Shown piece by piece: positions 47,859-60,699 of a DNA stretch of 64,000 nt. Position 1 is the stretch's first letter. Each line of letters begins with the position of its first letter. Source of the stretch: Trichodelitschia bisporula (lineage: Eukaryota). The notes under the pieces were generated by a model. It was given only the letters and a program-made list of their open reading frames with translations, was not told where the DNA came from and did no database searches. Where the stretch lies: assembly GCA_010356995.1 (NCBI GenBank), contig ML996692.1, positions 186,001-250,000 of the forward strand, given 5' to 3'. The position numbers and the translations under genes are program-made.

Positions 47859-50307
47859 CTATGCCACCATTTCCTTGATCTTTTTCATCGAGCGCCTCCG
47901 ACCACGAGCTTGCTGCTCCTCCCGCTGCGCAAGATCCAATGCCTCGACTGATCCCCCCAGGTATGCCTCCTCGAGCGGGTCAGCTTCGAGAGCATTCTCC
48001 CGTTCATCAGCCAGCGGCTCGTCAGCCAGCGGCTCCTCCTCCTCGTCCCCGCCCTCATCGTCCCCATCCTCATCCCCCTCCTGATCGTCCCCTTCCTCGA
48101 CATCTTCACCCTCATCCTCCTCCACCCCATCCAACACATCCCCCAGCATCCCAGACCGATCCAAATCATCAACACTCTGCCTCAGTCCAGGTGTCTCGCC
48201 CTCCATATAACTCGCATCAAGATCCTCCCCCCCCTCATCCTCACTCCTCACACTCCCTTCCCCCCCCTCACTCCCACTCTCACTCTCACTCTCACTCCAC
48301 CCAAAATCGCCCACATCCAACGGCCGTTCCCTCCAATAATTAAAATCCGTATACTCCTCCCCCCCCTCCCCAACCAAAAGCCCAACCGGCGGAAAATAAT
48401 GATCCACAATCTCGCGCATGGACACATAACTCGTCCTATACTTATTCAGCGTCAGTAAATGCAGGCTGACCTCCGCATTACTATTGATCGTGAAAATGCG
48501 CGTCGGAGGAATGGCCACGCTGCGGTAGCTCAGCGCATCCGTAAGTCGATTCCCGAATCCCGCGTAGAAGGGCGTGCGATTCGCCCCCCCCGCCCCGCCC
48601 TGGAACAACCCCATAATGTCGCGCAAACACGCCATCTTGAACACCTCCGGCTTCCTCAGGTAAACCTCCCTCCTGAGCGCCGCGATCGTGCGATCCGGAC
48701 TCATGATCACCGGTCCCTTCGGCAATCTGTACCCATCCTGCACCACCCCATTCAAGTACCCGCGCGTCGTATCCGCCTGCCCCACGGACCGACTCGTAAG
48801 GTACAAGATATTATACCCATTACTCGCAATATCAACGTACAACTTCGCAACCCCCGCATGCGTCCAATCGCGCCCAATCATCGTGAGCACATGCCCCAGC
48901 GCATCGCTCTTCGTGATCGTCCCATCGATATCTGAAATCACAATAGGCACATCGTGCCGCCAGAGATACATAAACGCAGGACACGTGCTCTTCCCCACGC
49001 TGAAACTGCATGCATTAGCCCCGGGCTTCAAATCTAGCAACTTGAGCTGGTCGCTCGTGAGCCGGAGGGTCTTCGCGTAGTTCCGGGCGGGGCGCTTGCC
49101 GTCTGCGCTTGCAGGGGGGGTGGCGAGCCCAACCGCGCTATCCGAGTCCCGACGCATGTGTCCCTGCGGGGCGGTGTCGGACCCGGAGTCGCTGCGGCCG
49201 TCGTCGGAGTGGTACCCGGGGTCGGAAATCGCGTCGGAGGAGCGCATAGCGGACGCATGCAGCGCATGCAGGCCCGCCTTGCGGTCCGCGGCCTCCTTAG
49301 CTTCTTCGCTGCCGTAGATCCACACGTTGCCGTGCTCGTCCGCACCGATCAGCGCGCCGATGTCGTAGTGTCCCTCCAGCTCCTCGCTCAGAATGCGGCG
49401 GGCGATGACTTCGGCCCTCAGCGCGTCTTCTTCGTTGCTTTTGTAGCCGTTCATGTCGAGCATTAGGTCGCCGGTGTCTGTGATTTGGGAGGGGATGTTG
49501 GAGGACCAGAGTTTTTTGGAGAGTTTGATTGCGCGTTCTTTGGCTTCGTGCGGCGGCAGGGGTGGGGGGCTCTGGGACCGGCCCATTGCGGGGGGACTTT
49601 GGTCGCGGGGTTGGGTGGGTGGGGCGTTGAATTCGGGATGGGCTATTGAGGTTGAGAGGACGTCTTCGGTGACTGCGCGCTCGTAGGGGGAGGGTTGGGG
49701 GGGTGTCGGGGTCTTGGTGGTCCAGTCGACGGAGATGGAGCGGAAGCCATCGGAGTCTGCTACAAATCAGCCGAGTTCTCACCACTGCCTCATATCATCC
49801 ATTCACGCACCTCCCCGTTTTACGAGTGATACCGGCTCTAGTGTCGTACTGCGCGTGCGCGCACCGTCTGCAAGATCCAGCGGCTCCGGCTCAGCCAGCT
49901 CCACACTCGTCGCAACGCCCGTCGGCGGGTTTGTAGGACTGTTGGCAGGCGAGGCGAGCGGCGAAGTCTGCATAGCAGCAGGGACATCCTCATTCGTCTC
50001 AAACACGAAGAACGCCTCGCCGCCCTCGCCGAGCTTCATCGGAAACGGGCGGAGGACATCGTTGACGCGGAACTCGACTTTCTTCTCGCTCGGCCGGAGG
50101 AGCTGGAACTTGCCGAAGCGAACGTGGAAGGGTGAGCAAGCGAGGGTTCCTGTTGCGCGTTAGGAGGAGGGTGTGGAGAGGAGGAGATTCGCGCGCACCA
50201 TCTTCCTGCTCAACGACAATGACGTCAATCGCCCCGCTCAGCGTAGCTGGGTTGATACTGTTCCACGTCTTGGACACAGAGCCGAAGGTCGAGCGCACGT
50301 ACTGCAT
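47859..50307 (-). CDS. PAH1: Lipin / phosphatidate phosphatase (Pah1/Ned1), multi-exon
   Basis: N-LIP 'WNSINPATLSGAIDVIVVEQEDG...CSPFHVRFGKF...MKLGEGGEAFFVFET'; HAD motif 'ISDIDGTITKSDALGH'; 'FYAGFGNRLTDALSY'. Confidence 0.96.
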
Positions 50308-51580
50308 GGCAGCGGAGGAGGGTGGAAGTTGTCGTAGGTGTACTCAAGCTCAGGCGCAGCAGGCAGGTATCGGCAGGCCCTGCGGCGTGGAGCGTCGGAG
50401 ATTTGGGACGCTCGTCGGTCGCTGGTGTGAGGCTGGGTGTGAGGCGGGAGACCGGTACTTTAAACAAAACAGCGCGATGGGTTGAGGGCTGAGGGTTGAG
50501 GCGGGGGGGTAGTTGAGGATCTTCGGCAGGGGTGTTGGGGTGGTGATCCGAGACTGCACTGGTGGGCTGGTGAGACAGCTGGGTGCGGAGGAGTGGAATG
50601 GAGGAGGGATTGGGGGGTGTTTGATGATATGGACAGTACAAGTTGGAGAGAATGAGAGAGCGACAGGCAGAGAGGGGGAGAAATGGGCGCAAGCAAGCAA
50701 AGCAAAGCAAAGAGCGATTATCTCTACCGATGTTCACATGGTCAAGTCAGCGACATCACAAGCGGCTGACGTCGGCCTCGGCGGATCGAGGGATCGGGGC
50801 CTTAAGAAACAGTGGCCGCCTTACCCGAGCATTTTGCGGAAGAAAGCGGATACGACTTTTTTTTGGAGAGCCCTCATACGGTGTAGTGACCATAGCACTG
50901 CTGACATAATGTGTCACAGGTGAACAGGTGATGGCGAACACCAGCCGGGTCGTTGGTTCATTGAGCCGCTCGTGAGAGCCTGGCTCGTGGACACCGTTGA
51001 AGGGGAGGGGGGGAGCCTAGACTTTAGCGGGGTACACGCTAAATAGCAGCGTGTCCCCCTCTACAACGTTTTCTTGTGATGCTGTAGCAACTCTCCCTCT
51101 CTCCAAAGTACAATAGCTGTGTTTGACTGCATTGCTTGCATTGCATCCTCCTTCGTTGCTCTTCTCTATTTTGTGCTTGCACACCGCCTGGCTCTCTTTA
51201 TCTGCATCGTTCTATCCGTAATCCCAAGCTATATATCGTCTCATGCCCTCCAGACTACCGTAACAGTTGCTATAGCCCTACTGCAGCTCAAGCCCGGTAA
51301 TAAAGGCTGATCGGGCTCGGCCAAAGGCGCACCAAACCCTCGGCTTGGCGCCCGTTTCGCTCTCCTCGTCCTTTGGTTGCAGACAAGACGACAACACAAC
51401 CCACCTCCATCCACAACCACCAAGCGCGCACACGTCAATTACATCGTCACGGAGAGTTACGGTATCGCCAGCTCTTGCATTCTCTGCCTGGTGTCCTTCC
51501 GCGCGAGATGCGTCGAAGTTCCTTCCTCTCTACACCGTATCCATCTTCTCCGCAGGGCGCGCACCCCTCCCCGCGCGCTG

Positions 51581-54500
51581 ATGGCGCAAATCCTGTCGTC
51601 TGAGCATCCCTTCTTCTTCTCCACGCCGCTGCTGCACCACAACCACCACTTCGCTGCCTCGTCTGCCGACATGTGGGTTGCGGCTTTTGCGTTCAGCTGG
51701 TTCAGCACCGCCGTGGTCATAGCCGCCCTGTCATGGTAAGTCGGGCTTCTGCCGTTTGCGTTACACCACCAAACCCATACTCATTGTGACCCCCCCCCGC
51801 AGGCTGTCCGTCCGCGCATACCAGGTGCTCTCCAAGCCGAGCGAAGAACTCATAAACCTCCTCGGACTCGATGTACCTCTTGCGCCGACCCTCTCACTCG
51901 CTGCCATCAAGGCCGACGGCGTGCTGCTCAACTGGAAGGCGCCGGACCAAAAGGCCTCGGGCATCCGTCATCATGTCCAGGTCAACGGTGTGACGTGTGA
52001 GTTTTCCTTTTTCGGCACCAACCTCGCTCGTTCTAACACCTCTGCAGTAGATGGCGAGCTACCCACCCATGAAACTTCGTTCGCTATTGTCAAGTTGCGT
52101 CCGGACAGCGGCTTCAGCATCCGCCTGCTGGCCATCAACTCCGCCGGCTTCCATGCCGAGAGCGAAGTGCTCCGCGTACGCACGAAACCCACCGCCTCCC
52201 ACGACTACTTCTACCCGCAAGATGAAGTCGAAGAAGAAGACTTTATTCCTATGATCCAGTCATACCGCGCGCTGGTCGACACCAACCCCGCTTCCGTCAT
52301 CCCGCAGGGCATGCACCGCGAGCACAGTAATACTGCCCAGCCGAAACAACCACGCCAAGGTCGCCGCAGTCTGCCGCCAACGCAGCCCTCGGAACCGCAG
52401 GACACGCAGGAGAGCGCGCAAGAGGAAAGCCTCAAGGAACTGACGGAGAAGCTGGACAAACTGCGTGCCGAGGTCGACTCGTGTGACCAGACGATTGAGC
52501 GCGAAGACGACGAGTTCCAGATCAACCACTCGACGCTGCTCGAGCAGTTCAACGAGCTCAAGCAGGCCGTCGCCGACAAGGAGAACACGTCCAAGGCGCT
52601 GAAGAAGCAGGTTGTCGATCTTTCGAATCAGAACACCACGGCACAGAACCGCCGCGTCGCCGCCGAAAAGAAACTCGAGCAGAAGCTGGCCGAACAGCAG
52701 AAGCTACGCGACGATGCCGAACGCTGGAACCGCGAAATGTCCGAGATCCACGCCGAATGCAAGCGACTTGAATTCGAGCAGGCCAAGGCCACTCAGGAAG
52801 CCGAGGAGGAGATTGCGCGGCTACGTGAGGAACACTGCGCCGAGACAACGGCCCACAGGTCCCTCGAGGAGTCACTTAAGCAGTCACGAACCACGATTGA
52901 GGACCTGAAGCACGAGACCGAGCGTCTGCAGGGCGACGACGTACCATACACCGGCTACTTCACCACCGCCGAAGAAGAAGAGTGGAGCGTCAAATTCTCG
53001 CACCTGCAGCACTGCTACAACGCCGCCTTCCAGGAACTCACCCAAGCCAAAGCCATCCAGCAGCAAGCCTCCATGAAACTAGAAGAGTGGCAGCAACGCC
53101 GCGCTACAAACCCGCACCTCTTCGCGACCACACCACCCGTCTATGACGCCGCCCCCACCCGCCGCCAGTCCCAGCGCCGCTCTCGCACTCTGAGCCTCCG
53201 CGGCGAAGCCTCTGCGCAACCGAACTACGACAACGCGTCCGTGCCCACTTACCCCAACACCACTCTGTCGCCGCCTTTCGCCTCCGCGTCCCCCTTCTTT
53301 AATATCAACAACGGCATGACCATCCCCGCCACCATCAACGCCTCCGCTCATGATATGGACTTCGCAGGCGCCGCCCCACCCACCTCGCCCTCCGTCACCG
53401 GCGTACTCCTCCCATCCGGTCTCCTCGGCGACGACACCGACACGCGCTTCGGTCCCCCCAACCCCTCCGCCCGCTCCTCCCCCCTCAACGAGCCCCTCCT
53501 CCCCGGCCTCGGCGCCCCAGGCCTAGAAACCTACGGCCCTTCCTCCCCCATTTCCAACCCCTCCCGCAGTCCCTCCACCTTCGCTTCGCCACGCGCCTCC
53601 ACCACGCACCTCCCCTTCTCAAACCCGGACTCGCTCATCGACGCCGATAGGCGGAGCGTGCGCAGCGCGGCGAGCAGCATGCAGACCCGCGGCGGGAGCA
53701 CCACCGGGACGCGCTTTGCTGGTTTATTCGGCTTCAGTCGGCAGCGCGGAAAGACGTTCAGCGATGAAGGCCCGACGTTGGGCAGTTTGCGCCCGCAGGA
53801 GAGCCAGTCCTTCCCTCGCGAGGCGGGCGATTTAGATCCGATTGGCACGCGCAGGAGGGGGAGTCATGCCGGTACTTGGCGCGAGCAGATGCACATCGTG
53901 CTCCGCGGCTCCCAGCCCGGCACTCAATCGGGTGCGCAACCTACCGCGCAGCCTACCTCGCAGACTGAGCACGCTCTCGAGGCCCCCGCGCAGCAGCCGA
54001 AGAGGAAGTGGACTGTCTTCGGGTCTAAGAACGACCCCTGGCCCCCCGCCAGCATGCTCGAGCGCCCCTCCTCCCCGCGTCCTGCAAGCATGCAGTCTGG
54101 TGAGCCGGCGTTTGGGCGCGCGTTCGCCGATTCAAGATACGGTTGGGCCACACCGGGGGAGATACGCGGGCCGCTGGGCGTCGGCGCGCCGGACTGGGGC
54201 TCAGGCCGCGGCGGCGGCGCATGGAGTAGACTCCCCAGTCGGAGGCCGAGTGTGCAATATGGCTCTGGGTCTGGACAGCACGGACTCGATGGAGCTCATG
54301 AGATGGAGTACGAGGACGAGCCTAGGGCGCTGCAGGCACCGATTGGTACCCGACCGGTGTCGAGTAGTCAGAGCAGTTTGAGGGGGGGTGCAGGGGGTAG
54401 TGTGACGGGGATGGGCAGGTTGAATCCTGCGGCGCCGAGTTTTAAGATGTTGTTTGGGGCGAAGGGGCGCGGGAAGGGGAGGGGTGGGGAAGAGGAGGAG

Positions 54501-54869
54501 GTTGAAGGGGAGGAGGAGGAGGGGCTGGAGAGGACGGCGACGGCGGAAGGTAAGGAGAGTTTCATGCAGAAGTTGACGCGCAAGAGTAGTGCGAGTATGT
54601 TTGCGTTTCCGGGGTTTGGGAAGGAGAAGGCGCGCAGGGTTGAAGAGGGGGGTGAAGAGGGGAGTGGGGAGAAGGGGAGCTTTGAGAGTGAGAAGGGGGC
54701 GCCGAGTCCGTTGTTGGGTGGTCCGGAGGGGAAAGGTGAGGGGAAGGAGGGAAAGGAGGGGAAGGGGAAGAATGTGTTCAGTTTGAGGGGGTTGAAGGGG
54801 AGGAAGAAGGGTGCGGTGGTGGAGAGTGTGGCTAGTGATACGGGGGAGGAGGATGGATATCGATCGTGA
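51581..54869 (+). CDS. Uncharacterised protein: N-terminal TM, fibronectin type III domain, long coiled coil, disordered tail; start at 51581 or 51671
   Basis: Hydrophobic first exon ending at GTAAGT (about 51736); FN3-like 'VLLNWKAP...HHVQVNG...LRPDSGFSIRLLAINSAGF'; Glu/Gln/Lys heptads at about 52430-53100. Confidence 0.8.
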
Positions 54870-55137
54870 TGAGGAGGATTGATATCAATCGTCATGAGAG
54901 ACGGCATTTGTGGTGTTTGGGTAGATTGGGCAAATGCATTAGTAGACTTGTTCGCTCTTCATGATACGCTGCAAGGTGTGTGCTTTTTCACGGTGCTACT
55001 ACGACTACCATCGCTGCGCAGGTTTACAGGGCCATCGCACATCTCATCGGCACAGTATCTCACAGAAATCGATTAGGCTAATAATTACTCCCATCGCGCC
55101 TCAGCACCATCTCCCCATCAACACCTCCCCCCTACGC

Positions 55138-57122
55138 CTACCCATAAACCGAAAACCCAGGCACAGCCCCCACCAGCCTCTCCCCATTACTCGGCCTGAA
55201 CTTCTTCTCCTTATACCACTCCTGCGCCGTCTTGCTCAACTCCTCCACCTCGCCGAACTCGAACTTCTTCTCGGGGAGCAGGTCGTACACGCCGCGGCTG
55301 TACTCTGGCGCAATATTAAATATCTGCGCCAGGTACTTCTTCTGCGGGGGGGGGGGGTTAGCGCACGGTCAGAGAAGAGACTTCACGCTGTGAGACTTGC
55401 CTGGATCTGCGGGTACTTGACCAGTTTGAGAAGGCGCGCGGTGTTAATGCACGTGTTGTCGCGCTGTTGTTGGGACATGACTTTCGACCAGAGCGCAGTG
55501 GCCTGCGCATAATCGCTCTTCTTCCCCTCGTGCCAGTAGTGGCTCTTACGGGACACGATATTATCCCCCACTGCGTACGGCGCCTCCGCCGTATCCGGCC
55601 TGAACTTATGCGCGAAAGAATTCGGCGCGTACTGTTTATTCCCCGCATGGTTCGCATCGGTCCTCAACGGGCCGTCGAAGTTAAGCGAACTGAAGGAATT
55701 TGCCATGAACGGGCAGTTGACAGGCACCTGGTGGAGATTGACGCCGATGCGGTGGTACTGCGCGTCCCTATAGAAGAACATGCGGAACTGGAGCAGCGGA
55801 TCGGGGGAATCTTCGACGCCGGGCACCATGCTCCCGGGCGAGAAGGCCGCTTGCTCGACGTCGCGGTGGAAGTTCTCCGGGTTCTTATTCAGGACCAGAC
55901 GGCCGAATTCATGCATCGGGAACTGCTCCCTCGGCCACACCTTCGTGACATCAAACGGATCGAAGCCTAGCTTCTCCGGGTCCGCGTCTTCGGGATTCAT
56001 GACCTGGACCTTGGCCGTCCATTCGGGTGTCTCGCCCTTCTCAAGCGTCTCCCAGAGGTCGCGTTTTGAGTAGTCTGGGTCCTCGCCGCACATCATCAGG
56101 GCTTCTTTGTCGGTGAATTGTTTCTGCCCGTGCTTGGCGATGAAGTGGTACTTGATGTACACGAACTTGCCCTCGGCGTTGACCCACTTGAAGGTATGGC
56201 AGCCGTACCCGTGGTTGAACCGCCACCCGACGGGCGTGCCGTGGTCGGAGAAGAACATCAAGCCCGCGTGATTCCCCTCGGGCGTATTGGCGAGTAAATC
56301 AAACAGCGCATCCGTATCCAGCAAAAAGTTTGCCGGATTGCGGCTCTGGCTGCGAATAACATCAGGTCCCTGAATCGGGTCGCGGCAGAAAAACACGGGA
56401 AAGTTGAGCCCCACGATGTCGTAATTCCCCTCGCGCGTGTAGAACTTGATCGCGAAGCCGCGCGGGTTGCGCGCTTCGTCGGGGAATTCGCGGCCTAGGG
56501 TTACGGTGCTGAAGCGCACGAAGACGGGGGTTTTTTCGCCGACGCGGCTGAGGAAGTTGGCTTTTGTGAGGGGAGTGACGTCCTGCGTGCACTCGAAGTA
56601 GCCGAAGGCGCCGCTGCCGCAGGGGTGGACCATTCCTGTTGTCGAGTTAGTTAGGGGGCATTTGGGGAGGTGGGGACACGAACGCTCTAAAGGCTTTGAG
56701 CGGTTGAAGTGCTGCTGCTTCTGGAAGAGGAAGGTGTCGCTGGCGACCGGGATGCCGCCGACGGTCTTGCTGTGGGCACTGCTCGGAGTCAGCTTGAGAT
56801 TCCTAACTAGACCGATGCGGGAGGCTTACGGGTCGGGAAACGGGATGCCCTCATTGTTCGTAAAGTACGGCCCGTCATCCACGCGCTTCCCGCCAGTCAC
56901 AGTGCCGGATACCTTGCCGATGATATCGGCCGGGCCCTCATTCGCACTATTCATGTGGCTGGCGCGGGTACCGCGGTGCTCCCCCATGAGCGCACCCTGG
57001 ATGCCCGTAGCGATCGCCTCAAGCGGGTGCTTGTTCAGATCCATCTGGTTGCTGTTGGAAGACGACATGGCTCCGAGACGCGATTTGATATCCTCTGTGA
57101 TTTTGGCGCCAGGAATCTCCAT
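55138..57122 (-). CDS. Heme catalase-fold protein with a divergent active site, 4 exons; last intron is GC-AG (55400-55342)
   Basis: 'FNRSKPLE-RMVHPCGSGAFGYFE', 'VFVRFSTV', 'RGFAIKFYT', 'NHGYGCHTF', 'VEQAAFSP', proximal 'QFRMFFYRDAQYHRIG'; ends ...LVGAVPGFSVYG*. Confidence 0.92.
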
Positions 57123-58811
57123 TGACGGGGGAAATGGGAAAGGAGAGGTGGTGCAAGGAAGGGTTTTAAGCTTGCTTGCCAGTGGGGGAATTGCTGGCGG
57201 TTTGCCTTCTTGCTTTCGCTGGAGCGGGGTCGCGCTTCCTGGACCCGTCGCCCCTTCCTCCCCATCGCTGCCGTTGCATCATCGTGACGAGTACAGCTGC
57301 TCGCCTAGACCTCGACTCAGGCAACGACCTTGTTTCCGCTCGGCCTCCATTATGGAAGCAGCGCATTGCACGGGGAATAGAGTCTGTATCGTGACGTCGA
57401 CCTGACGTCAATAACTCAAGCTCGGCGCGGCGCGGTGGGGAGCTTTAAGCTTTGCCCCACCGCGGGACGGCCTGCTTGATTCTTTAGCCGCGACGGGACG
57501 GCATATGTTGGCGTAATGGGCGATGCTTGATTGGACCATGGTATGCGGCTTCCAGCATCGAGCCCGAGCGGGTGGGTGGAAGTGCGGCAGCCATCCCGCT
57601 TGCTGGGGGGAGGTGGGGCGTGAGGCTCGGCGGCGTGGGCCGAGGAGTCTTATTTCGGCAAGGTAGGCGGCGATCGACGATGGTTGGGCATGGTGGGGCA
57701 AGGATCGTGGTTCATTTGGGGATTTTTGAGACGGCGATTGGATGGAGGAAGAGCTGCAGATCGGCAGGGCGGCTCGGTTTCATGTGAGCTGCGTGGGCTG
57801 GAGAACAGGAAAGTCTTCAGGATGGGATTTCCTGGCTTGAGATGGGAAAGTTGGTGGGCCTGCGAGGGCCCCTTAGGTGCTAAAGTTGTCGTGGATGTCT
57901 TCGTGATGGGATTCCTGGCGAGATACGAGCATGACGAAAGGAGGAAGTGATCGGCTAGTGCGCTAGAGCTACCCGGATCTGGAAGTGCAGTTGACCGTGT
58001 TGGGAAATCTGAAGTCTACCGTACTAGGCGACGTAAGTTGCTTAGCGATATCGCCGCAATGGATGAGGTTTAGCATATCCGGTATTGCCTTCACCGACAA
58101 CTATCAGGACTCGTACCATGATGTCAAGTACCGTGACAGCGCACCTTTGGGTAGCGCCATGACTCTTTCACATACAGTAGCTCCGATGCCCCTTCTACAG
58201 AACCAAAGCCATACTCAAGCGTACGGGATGTGTGGCGTCTTTTTTTTCCCTCGCCCTTGGAGTATGATGCGTAAGATTATGATGCTGGCTGATGGGGTGA
58301 ATAATGTGGATGTTGGTGTGTGAGGCTGGTGAAGCCACATGCGGGCGGGCTACCAGTACCTCAAAAAGTCATGGCCGCCCCGTCAGGGTACTTTTGCGGA
58401 CGTGCCAGCCACAAACTTTTCACATGGCCTCGGAGGCTGTCGCTATCCATCGGAGAAAGGTTCTCCGACGGACCGTAGGAAAAAGTTGAGCTCCAGACTT
58501 CCGCGATCTTTTGTCCCCGACTTCATGCAAACCGTTTTACGTGTTGTTGCACCCTTTTCATCTCACAACATCCGAGCACTGCAAGGACGGTCTGATCACC
58601 TGTTGCTGCTCACTTGCTCTCCACCATCACTCAGCTTCGGCCGCACTCCGCGCGAACTCTTCTCTCCGAACCCGCTCTCTCTCTCTCTCTCTCGAAGCCA
58701 GCAAATTCTCCTCCCCAAACCAGCTAACTCCCCTCACTGAACGAACAAGCCGCTCCTGAATCAACAAATCTTTCCCGAACCAACGCGTTCTCCCCCGCAA
58801 ACCCCACCACC

Positions 58812-60083
58812 ATGGACGCCCGCGCCCACCTCACCCGCCATGGCTGGCGCGGCGACGGCCACTCCCTCGACCCTTCAAACAGAGGCCTCAAGAAACCCCT
58901 CCTCATCACGCACAAAACCGACCAGAAGGGGCTGGGGACTAAAAAGGCGGCCGAGAATCTGAGCGACCAGTGGTGGCTCCGCGCCTTCGATGATGCGCTG
59001 CAGCAGGTTGGCGCCGAGGATAGGAAGGTTACGGCATTGGATGGGGTTAGGGAACATGGGGCCAAGGTTGGGGGGTTGTATGGGTTTTTTGTGCGCGGCG
59101 GGGTGCTGGGGGGGACTATTGGGGAGGATGATGAGGTTAGGCCTGGGGATAAGGATGGCCGGGGGGAAGGGGAGAAGCGGTCCGATAATGCCGATGCCGA
59201 CGCTCCTGCGGCTGTTGATGTCCTTGCAAAGAAAATCTTGAAGCGCAAGCGCCGTGAGGCTGCCATCGCTGATGACGCGAGCAGCAAAAGGGCCGCCCGC
59301 TTGACGCTCGAGCAGTGGGTGGAGATCGGAGTCGCGTGCCAGCCGGAGTTGGACAAGATTGACGAGAGGATTAGGAGGAAGGTGCTGAACGAGCGAAGCG
59401 CGCCGGAGTTGGGGATTACGGTCGACCGGGCTAGGGACAAGCTCGAGAGGCTGGTGAAGCTACGAGACAGGGTGAGGAGGAGGGCGGACAAGGAGAAACA
59501 CAGAGCGATGAAGGAGGAACGTAGGGCGGATAGGGAGGAAGCTAGGGCGGATAGGGAGGAAGCGAGGGCGATGAGAGCAGCGGAGGAGGGGAATGAGGGT
59601 AAGACGGTTGAGGAGAGGAGAAAGGAGGAGGGAAAGAGGCGAAGGAGGGCAGAGAGGGCGGAGAGGAGGGAGGAGAGGGCGGCGGAGAGGGAGGCGAGGG
59701 AGGAACGGAGGGCGATGAAGGACGAACGTGTTGCGGCGAAGGCGGAACGTATTGCCGCGAAGGTGGAACGGGGGGAGGAGAGAGCTGAGGCGAATTCGAG
59801 ACGTTGGGAGGAGAGGTTGCTGGCGAAGGAGGAACGCGAGGCGAGGGCGGCGCAGGAGCCGAAGAAGAAAAAGAAGAAGGGAGTTGAGGCTGGTTCTGCT
59901 GATGCGGATGACGACGCGGCAGCGTCACCTGGGTTTGAACCGATGCTGCCAGCTATTGGCGGCACGATCAACTCGGCGGAGGAGGAGGAGGCGGAATTTA
60001 CGCGGAAGGGGGAGAAGGATGCGAGGAAGAAGGGGGAGAAGAAGAAGAAGAAGTCGAAGAAGGGTCGTAATGGAGAGGTTTAG
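58812..60083 (+). CDS. TMA23: Tma23-like G-patch nucleolar protein with a Lys/Arg/Glu-rich tail
   Basis: 'MDARAHLTRHGWRGDGHSL...GLKKPLLI..K.DQKGLG...DQWWLRAFD', 'LYGFFVRGGVLGGT'. Confidence 0.8.
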   Translation: MDARAHLTRHGWRGDGHSLDPSNRGLKKPLLITHKTDQKGLGTKKAAENLSDQWWLRAFDDALQQVGAEDRKVTALDGVREHGAKVGGLYGFFVRGGVLGGTIGEDDEVRPGDKDGRGEGEKRSDNADADAPAAVDVLAKKILKRKRREAAIADDASSKRAARLTLEQWVEIGVACQPELDKIDERIRRKVLNERSAPELGITVDRARDKLERLVKLRDRVRRRADKEKHRAMKEERRADREEARADREEARAMRAAEEGNEGKTVEERRKEEGKRRRRAERAERREERAAEREAREERRAMKDERVAAKAERIAAKVERGEERAEANSRRWEERLLAKEEREARAAQEPKKKKKKGVEAGSADADDDAAASPGFEPMLPAIGGTINSAEEEEAEFTRKGEKDARKKGEKKKKKSKKGRNGEV

Positions 60084-60699
60084 GGCAGGATTGGGGAGGT
60101 GGTATCGCGTTTCTCTTGTAGGCTCCTTCGGCGCTGCTGCGTGTAGCTAATTGTGGTGGTACGAATGGACGGGCTTGAGTATGCGATTGCGGTATCTGGC
60201 GATGTGCTTTCTTCATTTTTGGATGCTTCTTGCGAATTGGATGGCTGAGATGGCAAGCGGATTGTGAGTTGAAGCTCCTTGCCCTTCTCAATGGCGGCTG
60301 ACGAAGGCCCATTCCCCAGACAGACCACCTCACCTGCCAGCCACAGCACGACAGCTTCCCAGCCCCTTTCAACTCTCCTACCCATATCCACCGGGTGTTC
60401 ATCCCCTCCTCCCCTCCCCGGCCGGACATACCCACGTCCCCATCCCCAGCCTGAGGGTTATATAACCCCCCCTCCCTCCCACCCATCAACTCATCATCAT
60501 CAGTCAACACAATCCACTCCGACGTCCACTCCTCTCCACTCACCTCGACTCCACTTTGTGTTTCGCTCATCTTCACTTTACTTACGCACACTTTCATTCG
60601 AATTTGCTTTCCGCTCATCTCACACCACTTCCCCTTCCACTCCTCTTCCCATCATTCCCCATCATTCATTCTGTTCGCACTACGCATATCCTCGTACTG

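Noticed and set aside
58724..59971. 415-aa Ser/Leu-rich minus-strand ORF
   Set aside because: Antisense shadow of the purine-rich TMA23 CDS.
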